64,000 nucleotides of DNA from Podospora anserina (Eukaryota): positions 4,464,001 to 4,528,000 of the forward strand of contig CM030333.1 of the NCBI GenBank assembly GCA_017654855.1. The letters run 5' to 3'. Positions 11,282 through 22,275 of the stretch are shown piece by piece; the first letter of the stretch is position 1, and each line of letters starts with the position of its first letter. The notes below the pieces were generated by a model that did not search any database, had not been told where the DNA came from, and saw nothing but the letters and a program-made list of their open reading frames with translations. Both the position numbers and the translations under genes were made by a program.

Positions 11282-13129
11282 TCACCAAGTCTCGGCAATG
11301 TACTGGCCCGTCTCCTTTTTCAAGTTCCAAAACTGCTGAGCCTCGTCATGCTCCAGGTTGCCCTTCTCCATGGCAACCTCGACAAGCGCCTTCTCAACAC
11401 CCTCGCCCATGCCCCTGCTGCTTCCGCAGACAAAGACTCTGCCGTCGACAGCGTTGATGATGTACCAGACAAGGTCAGCCTGGGCCTTGACCTCCTCCTG
11501 GACATATCTTCCTGGGCCCCTGCGGCTCTGGACAACCTTCTTGACTTCATCCTCATGGACACCCCACTCGCCACTGTACAGCTCGTCCACCAGCGAATCA
11601 CGGACACCTTGGAGCACCCAGACCTTGTTCGCACAGTTGGCCGTCTTGAGACGCCGCTGGACGAAGCCTCTGAACGGAGCAATACCGACGCCAGCCCCAA
11701 TAAGGAGCATCGGTCCGTCCGAGACGAACTGCTTGGCAAGCGGGTTGGCCATCAAACCCTTGAACATGGGGATATAAAACTCTGGGTCTTTCTCCCCCTT
11801 CTCCTGAGCTTCGATGAACTTCAAAGCCTGTCTCTGAAAGAAACCCGAGCCAATACCCGTCCGACTGCCATTGCGCCAGTCCTCCGCCTCATGAACGGTG
11901 ACGGCAATCTCAATCAACCGATGCTGCTTCCCATCGCGTGTCAGGAACGACTCATGAGGGTCGTTCGACAACGAGTAGAAGCGGGGCATAAGTGGCTGCA
12001 GGACGGATAGGAGAAGATCAAGCGGTGGCTTGGCGTTAGGGAAGGCGTGCAGTAGTTGGACCAGACTGATGTGTGGACCGGTTCGGAAGTCGCAGAAGAC
12101 GCCCTGACCCTCGGCGGAGCAGAGGTACCGCAAGATCTTGCGCTCAGTTGCGTCAGTGGTGTGCTCAGCAAGCACACGGAGAATTTGCTTCGTTGGTGGG
12201 TATGACTGGACATCGGAGCACCATGTTAGAAGATCGCGGCGGGTGGTGACAATCTCACGAGCCTGGTCGGCGCCCCAAACGGTTGGCCAACGGCCCTTGG
12301 TCGTCCGGAGGAGCACAGGCTTATCGCGCAGAAATCGAGGGACCAGGAGCAAGTCGAGGATCTCCTGCACTATAGAAGCCTCGTTGGGCGCAGACACGCC
12401 GATTGCGCCACCGACTTTGAAGTCAACATCCTCACCCTCTGGATAGTTGGTGACATCAAGGTCGAAGTGGAAGGTGCGCTTCTCAGCACCAGGCTTGGTC
12501 AACTCGCGAGTGTTGTGAATGCGCGCGGGGAACACATGGTGCGGCGGGTGTGGTTGCACAAATTTGGGAGGTTGTATTTGTGTGTCGAGCCTCTCCAATG
12601 TCAAGTCCTGGAGTGTCTTTTCGATGCCGACCACTGACGAAGTGGTGTCACTCTCCGTGCCGAACGGCACAGCAGGCTCGGATGGCGATGGAACATTGGA
12701 GGGCCGGCGAACGGGTTGCAGGAAAGCCGTTTGCTCAGGAACATCGCACACTCCGCTGAGTGTGGTAGGAATCTTGTCGATCTTGAGGTTCAAAGAACGG
12801 TATGCGTCATTGTCGGGAAGCTCGATCGCCTCGTACTCCACATTGTTGTCTTTTTTCGGGGCACCACCAAGACAGCAGCCTCCGCCGCAGCATCGCCGGA
12901 TCAATTGCGTTGTCGTCTCACCGGTTATGCGTTGCACATCTTCCGGGCTCTTGGCGATCAGGCGTGTGGACGCCCGCCGGCGACGTGGGACCGGTTTTGT
13001 TGGCTCTTCAATCTCCTGTTCGTCAGAGCTCGAGTATGTAAGTGACGGTGTGGCCGATTCGGGCTGGGGCTCCTCAGGAATGCTCGCAGCCGCACGCTGG
13101 GCAAGAAGAAGGTCTGTCTGCGCCGTCAT
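11282..13129 (-). CDS. FAD/NADPH ferredoxin-reductase-type protein (CPR/MTRR/sulfite-reductase flavoprotein-like, no flavodoxin domain)
   Basis: Intact 615-aa ORF with PRFYSLS, GIGSGF, LIGAGVGIAPFRGF, YVQE, VFVCG and terminal ETW. Confidence 0.88.
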   Translation of the reverse strand: MTAQTDLLLAQRAAASIPEEPQPESATPSLTYSSSDEQEIEEPTKPVPRRRRASTRLIAKSPEDVQRITGETTTQLIRRCCGGGCCLGGAPKKDNNVEYEAIELPDNDAYRSLNLKIDKIPTTLSGVCDVPEQTAFLQPVRRPSNVPSPSEPAVPFGTESDTTSSVVGIEKTLQDLTLERLDTQIQPPKFVQPHPPHHVFPARIHNTRELTKPGAEKRTFHFDLDVTNYPEGEDVDFKVGGAIGVSAPNEASIVQEILDLLLVPRFLRDKPVLLRTTKGRWPTVWGADQAREIVTTRRDLLTWCSDVQSYPPTKQILRVLAEHTTDATERKILRYLCSAEGQGVFCDFRTGPHISLVQLLHAFPNAKPPLDLLLSVLQPLMPRFYSLSNDPHESFLTRDGKQHRLIEIAVTVHEAEDWRNGSRTGIGSGFFQRQALKFIEAQEKGEKDPEFYIPMFKGLMANPLAKQFVSDGPMLLIGAGVGIAPFRGFVQRRLKTANCANKVWVLQGVRDSLVDELYSGEWGVHEDEVKKVVQSRRGPGRYVQEEVKAQADLVWYIINAVDGRVFVCGSSRGMGEGVEKALVEVAMEKGNLEHDEAQQFWNLKKETGQYIAETW

Positions 13130-14706
13130 TTTGGATGTGGTTGAAGCCCTCAGCTGCCTCGGAGAGTTGTGGCGATGGGTAGATAATATAGGTAGACGGG
13201 AGGTGAGCGAATAGGTCGGAGCAAGTGCTGAGGATAGGGGAAGGTGAATTCGTCTCTGTCAAAGGCCCAGGCGCATGACCGAAATTTGCAGAAAATCGAG
13301 ATGGAATTCCGAAGGTGATGTGGGCCGAGGTCAAGTTACGGTAATGCTGTATGGATGGTATGACTTGAGTCAAAGGCTTGCCTCGCCGTATAACAATTTG
13401 GTGGTCGCTATGGGTATGGCACAAAAAGGTCTGTAGGAGGGAAAAAAGGAAGGACACAGCTGGGCCACTGGGAGGCTGGCGATCTTTATCACCGTCCTGC
13501 TATTGTCATTGTGCAGCGAGCGCAGCAGATGGCCAGGTCATTGAGGTCAGCTCACAGCCAAGATACGCTACTTTGACTTCCAAGCCCCAGCCTTTGGGGG
13601 GCAAGCGGGACCGGACACAGTGCGCGTGACTTTGTCCTGTCCCCGTCCCGAAGAAAATCAATGTGTGGGCCTTTTGCCGTGTTTCTCCGGACAAACCAAC
13701 ATCTGATATCGAGATATTCACCAGGGCATCTGAACACATATCTGTTGTTTGCTCTCTTATATACCTGTGATAGACACTCATACGGCCGGAACTGCAAGCC
13801 TGAATAACACATCTGCAACACAAGAGCCTCGCCCTTCTTGATGCGCCCGGTGAGGCTTCCCATGCTCCCGGCTCAATGGGCATTTTCCCATTCCCTCGGC
13901 ACGTGCTCAATTCAACACTTTCCCCTGAGCGCCAGCCCTGTCTGTCTCCGAGCAGTGCCAATCCGTCAGAATCACCCGGGGCTGCCGGGGGAGGATCGGT
14001 AGCCCTCACGGCAATGAGCCCAGCTTAATCTCACATGGTCTCATCACCATTCCACCCTCCCACTCACTGACCGCGCCGTGTAGCACAAAACTTCCGGTTT
14101 TCCCAACAACCATGTTGAAAACCAGCGGTACCTGCATGGGCTTATATCTCTGATTCAACCAGCATCCGTGGACATCCGAGATGTCCTAGGAGAAACAGCA
14201 GCAACTTGTCTCCATCGCCACCCCCCTTTCTGATCTCCTCCCTCCAAAAAAGCCAAGCCACCAATCCCTCTTTCCCCAGAAAAAGCTCTCGACTGTTTCA
14301 ACACTTCCCGGCGTCAAGAGTGGACTCACGGCGGAGACCAACTCTCAAGATGCAGAGCTTCCGTCCACATGAAGCATGCATCTCGCCGCCGGTGCCTACC
14401 TTCTCCGAACTCGGCCAGACCTTCACCAGCAAAAAGATGGGAGAACACACAGTGTTGCCACTTACTGTGTGGATACCACAAATGACGGCAAGCAAGGATA
14501 ATCTAATCAATCAACGATTATCAATCGGCCCCACAAATTACGATTTCAGTGCGCAGCACACAGCGCGCGAGGCGAGCCCCTTTTGCGCGCCGCCGCCGTG
14601 ATGACCGAAAAAAAGCCAATCCCAATCTTTGGGGTGATGTTTTTGATCAAGCAGATTGATAATGATTTGTGTTGAGATTAGATCAGCCTGCCTCCTGCGA
14701 CCCGAG

Positions 14707-14715
14707 ATCTGATAA
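14707..14715 (+). promoter_or_regulatory. ATCTGATAA (SreA/SRE-type extended GATA site)
   Basis: Exact match to ATCWGATAA; related GATA words at 13701-13709 and 14653-14662. Confidence 0.3.
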
Positions 14716-16445
14716 AACTGAAAGGGCTAGATTAATGACACTAGTGGGGTGACTAACGCTTTTGCAACTCATGGTCATCGTTTTGAATACACACAGATGA
14801 TTCACCACGGTTGATGCAAACTCCGGAGAAACAGCCCTTTCCAGTGGGGATAATTGGGAGTGAGGTGGCTCAGCCTCAACTATTCTCCTCCTCTCACAGC
14901 GGCGAAAGGTTTCTTGTTGTTCCAGACCTTGTCCCTCAAAAGCCGGGGCACCCCTCACTGCCGGCGTAGTCGGCGGCAAGCAGCGGCTGCCGTTCGGGCA
15001 ATGTTTCGGTGCCCGCTTGGGACCCAAAAACCCCCCACAAATGTGAGCGGAAACATCACGCCTTTGTGGGGGTTTAGTTTTGAAGATGTATCCTGATTCC
15101 AAGAAGCCAACCCGACAATAAACCAAAGCTCGGTTGGTACCGCCTAAAGGGCTCAAATCCCACGCAGTTGGTTATCATATGCAAATGCGGGATTTTTATT
15201 TAGCTGGTGCCTGCCGCGCGCCATTATTAGATTGATCAGATTGGGTCTCTTGTCAACGCCGCCCTTTGTGCTCTTCGGGATTGTATGTATGGCAGTTGTG
15301 CAAGCAGCTTGATGAATTGCACAATCTAGGTCTCCTCTTTTGAAATCTTGGCATATATGACAGATCAAGGAGGCATGGGTTGCTTCGACTAGCTCAACTG
15401 TCATCCATTTGCATAATGTAGTGTGGTCGATGTCATCTGATCGAAGCCGGGTGGTCACCGGCTGCCGTTCGGCGTGGCGTCAACCTGGGATGCGATCGGG
15501 ATCGGGATCGGAGCCGAAACGGCAACGACATCCGACCTCCGCCCCGGTTAGGGAAGCTTATCTCCGTGATGGTTTCGTTGTGGCTTTAGTGTATCATGGG
15601 TATATAATAATGCGATTCCCCATAGTTCCGTTGACAACGACTCAACATGATCTGGACTTCGTAGTTACCCGGAGATGCCTAGAGAACTCTTTGAGGAGGG
15701 AACATAATCATCATCATTCAGGCTAGCAAGTAATCGTGATAACCCTGTCCTAAACAACACACTGCCTAGCAGCACAAGATCTCTTGTCTTGGTTTTGCCC
15801 GTTTCGAAAGAATAACCACGACAAAAACCTGCTCATCAATCCCATCCGCCTTTTCCACTGGATCAACATTTTCCAATCTGTTCAACACGATACCCAATCC
15901 TTGAAGTCATAGCCAAAAAAAAAAACCTTATAAATCAGCAACATGAAACGAAGATCATAAACATCATATTCTCATCATTGCCCTCCCCAAAAAGATCCTG
16001 CCATTGCTGTTGCCAAAGTTGCAGTTGTTATTTGAAGAAGAAATGGTCATAAATCGTGAAATAGCCGCAGCTGGCTGAACATCGATGGCGTCAGCCAGAA
16101 AATAAAGAAACGTATATTCGGATACTGAGAAGAGTTGTGAAAAACGTAGATAAATTGGTCTCGAGACTGGTGACGGAGAAAATAAGGAGCTGCTGGCTGG
16201 TTGACTACTAGCAGCGATCGTAAAAAAACGTTAGAGGTATGTCTGCCCAAGTTCTTGACGATGACCGTCATAAAGTATCAAATAATGTAAATGAAGAAAA
16301 AAAAGAAAAAAACTACAGGAAAACCCCGGGCACGCAAGATACGCTTTATCAGTAGCCCTGCCCGCTGCAAAAAAATAAAAATAAAAAATAAAAGCTTAGT
16401 TAAAGTATCCAAGAAATAGGAAAAAGAAAACCGGATTCGACCGTG

Positions 16446-18365
16446 CTAACGGTTCTTGTTTTGCCAACAGTAGTCAACAGCGGGTGTGACGATGTTGTGG
16501 AAGTCGGAGGTAGCAATACGGCCAATGAAGAACACTCTGTAGTTGTGCTCGATCGTGACAAGCTTCGCGTAATTCACGCGCGACTCCTTGTCGAGCTTCT
16601 CGGTTCGTTCTGTGAGCTCGAGCCGCACTGGTTCGAAACCCAAGTCTGGCTCGCCCGGCATCATGCGTGGTCTTGTACCAGAGGCATAGACGATCCCATG
16701 CTTGCGGGGCTTCACGCCCTTTTTGGTGCAGGCTTGATGACCATATGTCAGAATAGGCCTGTTGCTCCGGTCAGTTCATAGGACTTCAGGACGGAGCTCG
16801 GGGTATCATTTACACGCAAGTAGAATGACCTTCGTCGGTAGCGACAACAATGAACCGACGAAAGCTTTCATGAAACTTCTGGCCTCGTTGCATGTAGGAT
16901 CGCAGGGTCGCGTTCATACCGCTCCCGAGAGGTTCAGACCAGTAGATTTTAAAGACCTTAACATCCAGTCATGTTAGCCAAGAAAATTCAATCTCTATTA
17001 AGAGTCACCTACTTCTCCCGGTTGGAATCTTGACGAGTGTTCGACAACGAAGCCTGTCAACAGTTAACAACAGATCGGGAATTCCAGGGAGGTGGTACAT
17101 TACTGCTCCAAATGTCATTTTGTTGCGATGAATGTGAAGTACCATAGCCTCTATCGCTGACTCGTTGGTTGATGGTATTCCCATACGAGTAAGGGGTCTG
17201 CACCATCGGAGACAGAGCTCTTGGTGTCTGCTGCCCAGGATCGTCTTGAAATTGATATGCGGACTGGTCATATCCAGTAACCATTGAAGATGGTCCAGGC
17301 ACCATGCCAGTTCCGTACCCATCATCTTCCTCATAGGCCTCGGGAATAGTAGAGTACTCCTCTATTTCTCGTTAGCAACAGCAGCATTATATCGAAAGCT
17401 TTTTGGACTATCGGTCAATGTTTTCATACCTGGCGGTTGAATCACAGTCGCAGTGTCCTCTTCAACTTCACCTTCTATAGGGCCAGGCTCTGAAAACACG
17501 GCTGCCCTTGGATCAAGAGTGACAGTGCTGCCTGAGTAATAGCTGGACTCCGCGGGATTGGGCGCAACTTGGGTTCCTGTTCAGAATCAGCAATTGTCCC
17601 GATAAATCATTTGGAAGAACTTGAGGTACCTTGATCGTCGAATTCACTTGCAACACTTGCATCCGTACCATCTGCAAGATCAGTTCCATACTCGGATGCA
17701 ACAGATGAGGCTTCATCGTAGGATGAAGTAGGCTTCGTTGGTTCGTAGAACGGCTCACCGGGCCCAAATGACTGGGGTTGGGCTGGCGGCAGATCATCAG
17801 GTTGAGGTTTTCCCCTGTTCCGAGGTCTCCTTGACGAGGAGCTTTTCCCTTTGGATGGTCTGTATCCAGAAGACTGGTCGTAAGATTTCCCATTTGGCCT
17901 GGTCGAGTACCCATCGTAACCTTGTGCAGGTGGCGCTCCATATCCCTGAGTTTGGTCACTATAAACTATGTTCTGCCCAGGGCTCGGTGGAATACCCGAC
18001 AGCCCGAAGCTCGTGGAACCAGTCGGGGCACTAAACGTATAAGAGTCATCATATGCCGAACCATCTTGGACACCCGGCGTATCAAGATTGTACGATGTAT
18101 CTGAGATGGTCACATTGGACATCGAGCTCGCGAGATTATCAACACCATCACCGCGAGGAGCTTGCTGCTCACTGCCTGGCGGGTAGCTGTAGTCATATTC
18201 CCAATCACCTGCACCATGTCAATATGACGTTCGCATCGTCCGAAAAGAATATTTGGGGAAGATATCGGTACCTCTGTGGTTCCGTCTGGCCCTAAAATAT
18301 CGGTTGTTCTGCTCATCATGTTCCCACTTGGACCATGCCCCTTGGTTTCGTCGACTGGAACTCAT
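16446..18365 (-). CDS. DUF6590-type fungal protein, 7 exons (introns 18209-18271, 17577-17629, 17362-17429, 17054-17103, 16957-17012, 16759-16813)
   Basis: All six GT-AG introns join in frame. N-terminus WSKWEHDEQNNRYFRARR. C-terminal domain FQPGEVFKIYWSEP...RRFIVVA...GHSTCVPILTYG...ESRVNYAKLVTIEHNYRVFFIG. Confidence 0.82.
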
Positions 18366-20274
18366 GGTGCATGCATTTTTGGAAAACGTAACAAAATATT
18401 GGTGAACTCAACAATCCCGATAGACGGGATGGTGTTATGAGGGAGCGTATTCGTGGGTAAGATGAAAACCAGAGCAAAAAACGATATACCAAACGGCCAA
18501 CGGCAAGAGATCCAGAACCTCCTCTACCACGCAGCGGAGTTGCTATTCCAAGATGATGTCCTGCCTTTATACTGAGATTCTCTTTGCCACAATGCAGAGC
18601 CGCAAGTGTAGCTAGAGGCCTAGGAGTGGGGGAGTGGAATGTCTAGTTGTCGAGTGGTGCTCTGGGCCTCTTCGTAGATTAAATGCAATTGTAATTGGCG
18701 GAGGTGAGAGCTCGTGACACACGGCCCGGGATCCCATTCGCGGCGTAGGCCGACCCTATTGTCGCCGGATGAATGACCTCTTGAAAGAGGGAAGGATAAG
18801 TGTGGGTCGTTGGAGGAACAGAAGAGGCCAAAGAAAGTTGCAGCAAGAGGAGAGGCGGTGACCAGTGGTCGACACGACGACGGAGCCCAAAGGCTGGAGT
18901 CGAGAACAGCCGCAAGACTGGGGAAACAACGAGCTCAAAGCTGAGGAGTCAAGACGGCGGGCTGCTGCAGTGTCTCGACGCGAGGTGGCTGCGTGTGGGT
19001 GTTCTTATCAGGCCGTGAATGACCAATGTCGACGAATCCCGAGCCACCTTGAGCGGAGCTTGATGTGGTTCTTGGACCAGTCGCGAAGACCTGTTGGAGA
19101 TGTTGCCCAATGATCACGATATTCTCCTGATGAGAACGAGGGAGTTGAAAACAAAAAGGATGAATACATTAGGCAGCTACACATGAGCTGGGAGACGGCA
19201 AGTGGGTTTTTTCTATACCGCGCTTTTGGCGCGATGCTCTCATAAGTTGCCTCTTTTCATTTTCCATCTGCTCCTTCCACAGCTGAATTTCCATTTCCCA
19301 GTTTGGGATTCTCTGCATACGCAGTCATGCCGGCGGATTTGGTGAAGGAGGGGTCGAGAGTGCTAGCGCCAGTGCTCCACCGCAGGGTCGAGATGCCCCG
19401 CTGTGGAAAATGTATGTATGCGTGATCCGGGGTACAGGAAATGGAATTTCCAAAACCTCTCTTCAAGAGAATATAAGAACTCTGCCGTGACATGTCGCAC
19501 GTCTCAGAATATTAGATCAGACGGGTTATCCAAGGGCAGGTCTTCATGTTAAATAGACTCGCCAGGGTGTTCCTCCTCAACATCGTTAGGCTGTCAGAAA
19601 CCCCCATGAAGTGCGGCCAGGACCGTCCCGTTGATTCCAAGCTTCCCCATTCGAGATGAGTTGGACCCACAAGGCTGGGAACAACTGAGAAGATGGGTTG
19701 AAGGCCCTTTCCTTATTTCTAACCGCCTTTTCGAACCCAACCAAACTGCATACCCTTCGTGCCTTCCAAGGTTGACCGATACAGTTGGAAGGAAGATGTT
19801 TCATTCCGCTTGAACCAACCACGAAGGCTGCCTCCATTGCATGCCCAATAGTAGAGCAGGCATTCACTTGGACACTGGGGGGCTGGCATGTTAGGAAGCT
19901 GCGGAACTTGGAAGGCATGACTGCCCGGCACAGATTGGGGCACTGGGCAGTAGGTTCTCGCACAAACGAAGAAGCCCTGTTTTACCAGCCGCCGCAACAA
20001 TACCTAATTCTATCAGCAAACGCGTTCCATCTCACCCACGGAATCCCTTTGGGCATTTCCCCACTCATCTCCTGCCTTGGCTTACCTTTGATGGCACTTC
20101 GTCTTCTGTCTGTTCCTTGTGTATACGGCATCATTCAAACAAGCCCTCTGCTCTTTCCTGGAGAATCGGGCTAAATCTATCGCACCATCTGTCTGTCCGC
20201 CTTCGCGTAGCATCATCCGATGGCCCCAAGCCATTGGAGATGCTGTTCGAGACCGACGTGCTGTCTTCATCGCC

Positions 20275-22275
20275 ATGACTTCGACCACATTACCACCAAC
20301 CAACCCCAACACGCAAAACAATTTTCCACTGAGAACTGGCTCCTTAAACGCTCAAACCACCACACTACCTTTGACCCGCAAACCTACACCACTCTCGTCG
20401 CCAGCTACGCCTCGCTTCAACCATGCTGTGTCGCCGGCATTCAAACGGTCTGTTGAGAGGCCAGCTGCCCTCAATGCCTTGCCCACGACGAATGGGTCAC
20501 CGCCTAACCTACGCAATGCTTCTGTTCACACACCTCCTGACGATGATTCGGCCTCTTGGACTGGAGATAGTACAGCAAGCAGTGGTGATGACGATTTGTC
20601 CCCACCCCCTCCTCCACCCCCTCCTCCACCACCCCCTCCACGAGCTTTAAAGCCCGAGATTGTCCATCCAGTTCCACCAACCAACCTGCTGCCCGTTGGC
20701 CAAATTTGGGCAGCACAGGCTGCGCCTGCCATAGCACCGGCTGTTCATGCTCCAATCCGACCACATCCTCTTGACATCGACGGTTCGGAGTCGGAATTTA
20801 GCGATTCGGACGAGGCATCCACAAGTCGATATCATGATCGGCTGCGCCGGGATCTGGGGGCTGCGGTCGAGGGCAAGCAACGCGACCTCCGCCAGCTAAG
20901 ATCGCAGATTTCTACCAAGCTTGACGAAATGCTTGACGCCATACGCAGGTTGACGACCTTGGAAAATGAGGCCATGAAGCTTTTGAAGCCGGACCAAGGG
21001 GGTGTTCAAAAGTTTCGTCAACTACAAAAAACCCAGATGGAACTCCTCTCGACATTCAAAGCAATGAGGAGTGATTTCGAAGAAGATGAGTCTCAGTTGC
21101 AGAGCTTGGAGAGTGATTTGGTCAGGGCTGCACGACCAGCTCCATTCTCAGCCAGGCCTAATGCTGTAGGCCTGCCGGGGATGGATTCAGTCATGCAACA
21201 GTCCGTTATTGAAGCGAAAGAGGGGGTGCCAGAGATCTTGTTGGGCATTTCGGGAGAACGCTACGACGATATACACCCTCGGTATCAAGATCTTTTGGAC
21301 AAAGTTGGAGATCGCGAACTTGCCCGAGAACATTGTGAGGAAATCAGGTACCGCCGCGAGGATATCATCTACGAACTTGAGATCAAACTTCACCGGAAGA
21401 GGATGCAAGAGAACCCGGGCAACTCGATCAGCGAGGAGGAGCTAGCGGAAATGAAGACATCGCTCGAAAGCATCCCGACAAATCCTGGAGAATTTCAGGC
21501 TCGATTTGGACTCCCCGCTAATGAAGAGGATCTCAACTTTCTCGAGGACTACGACCGCCAACTGCAACGAGCGCAAAGGAGGTTTGACAGGGCAGAACAG
21601 GAAGTTCACCGGCTGCGAGAATGGTGCATCAGCAATAAGGCGATGCGTCAAAATGCCTCTTATAACGAGTTACTAACAATCTACCTGGGGACCGACCAGC
21701 CACCGCTTCCCCCGGATGACGGGAATATGCCCATTGAATTCGTCCCGCGAACCGGTCACAGCAAGCTTGCCCATGATCGGTTTCCTATTCTCATGTCGAA
21801 TCCATCGCATGTCCTGGACGAATTATCGGAACAAGCGGCTCTGAACAAGGCGATGGCACTTCCAGCAGACTCCCCGGAGAGTGCTCAGCGGAGGGCTGAG
21901 TGCATGAAGGAGTTAGGAATCACCAAGCTGCTTCAGAACGCCAAGAATATCCCTGACCTGATCAATCGATGGCTACTTCACCGCCTCCGCACATGTCCTA
22001 TGGAAATAGAGCTCATGCTTACTGTATTTGAGACGAGCTGCAAGGTTGTCAACTTGCGGAGATGGCAGGAGGAGGTGCTGTTTTACTGGCCAAGAGACGA
22101 GGCAGCCAAGAAGTCGCCGCTGGAATTTGAAGGACCTCGAACACCGGTGGATGAGATATATCTTGGAGAGCAGGACTTTTCACGAATCAACTCTGACATT
22201 CACAAGAGTCAGCAGGCGGACGAGGGGGGTCAACACAGCTCAAGGAGATCGAGTGGAAGTGAGAGTGATGGATGA
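20275..22275 (+). CDS. Hypothetical protein: Pro-rich N-terminus, long coiled coils, C-terminal INRWLLHRLR...WQEEVLFYWPRD region
   Basis: Uninterrupted ORF of about 666 codons from ATG 20275 with protein-like composition and a 14-residue poly-Pro run. Confidence 0.8.
   Translation: MTSTTLPPTNPNTQNNFPLRTGSLNAQTTTLPLTRKPTPLSSPATPRFNHAVSPAFKRSVERPAALNALPTTNGSPPNLRNASVHTPPDDDSASWTGDSTASSGDDDLSPPPPPPPPPPPPPRALKPEIVHPVPPTNLLPVGQIWAAQAAPAIAPAVHAPIRPHPLDIDGSESEFSDSDEASTSRYHDRLRRDLGAAVEGKQRDLRQLRSQISTKLDEMLDAIRRLTTLENEAMKLLKPDQGGVQKFRQLQKTQMELLSTFKAMRSDFEEDESQLQSLESDLVRAARPAPFSARPNAVGLPGMDSVMQQSVIEAKEGVPEILLGISGERYDDIHPRYQDLLDKVGDRELAREHCEEIRYRREDIIYELEIKLHRKRMQENPGNSISEEELAEMKTSLESIPTNPGEFQARFGLPANEEDLNFLEDYDRQLQRAQRRFDRAEQEVHRLREWCISNKAMRQNASYNELLTIYLGTDQPPLPPDDGNMPIEFVPRTGHSKLAHDRFPILMSNPSHVLDELSEQAALNKAMALPADSPESAQRRAECMKELGITKLLQNAKNIPDLINRWLLHRLRTCPMEIELMLTVFETSCKVVNLRRWQEEVLFYWPRDEAAKKSPLEFEGPRTPVDEIYLGEQDFSRINSDIHKSQQADEGGQHSSRRSSGSESDG

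Noticed and set aside
19120-19160. CTGATGAG...GAAA hammerhead-like core
   Set aside because: Stem II lacks the closing G-C pair and I found no stem I/III partners.
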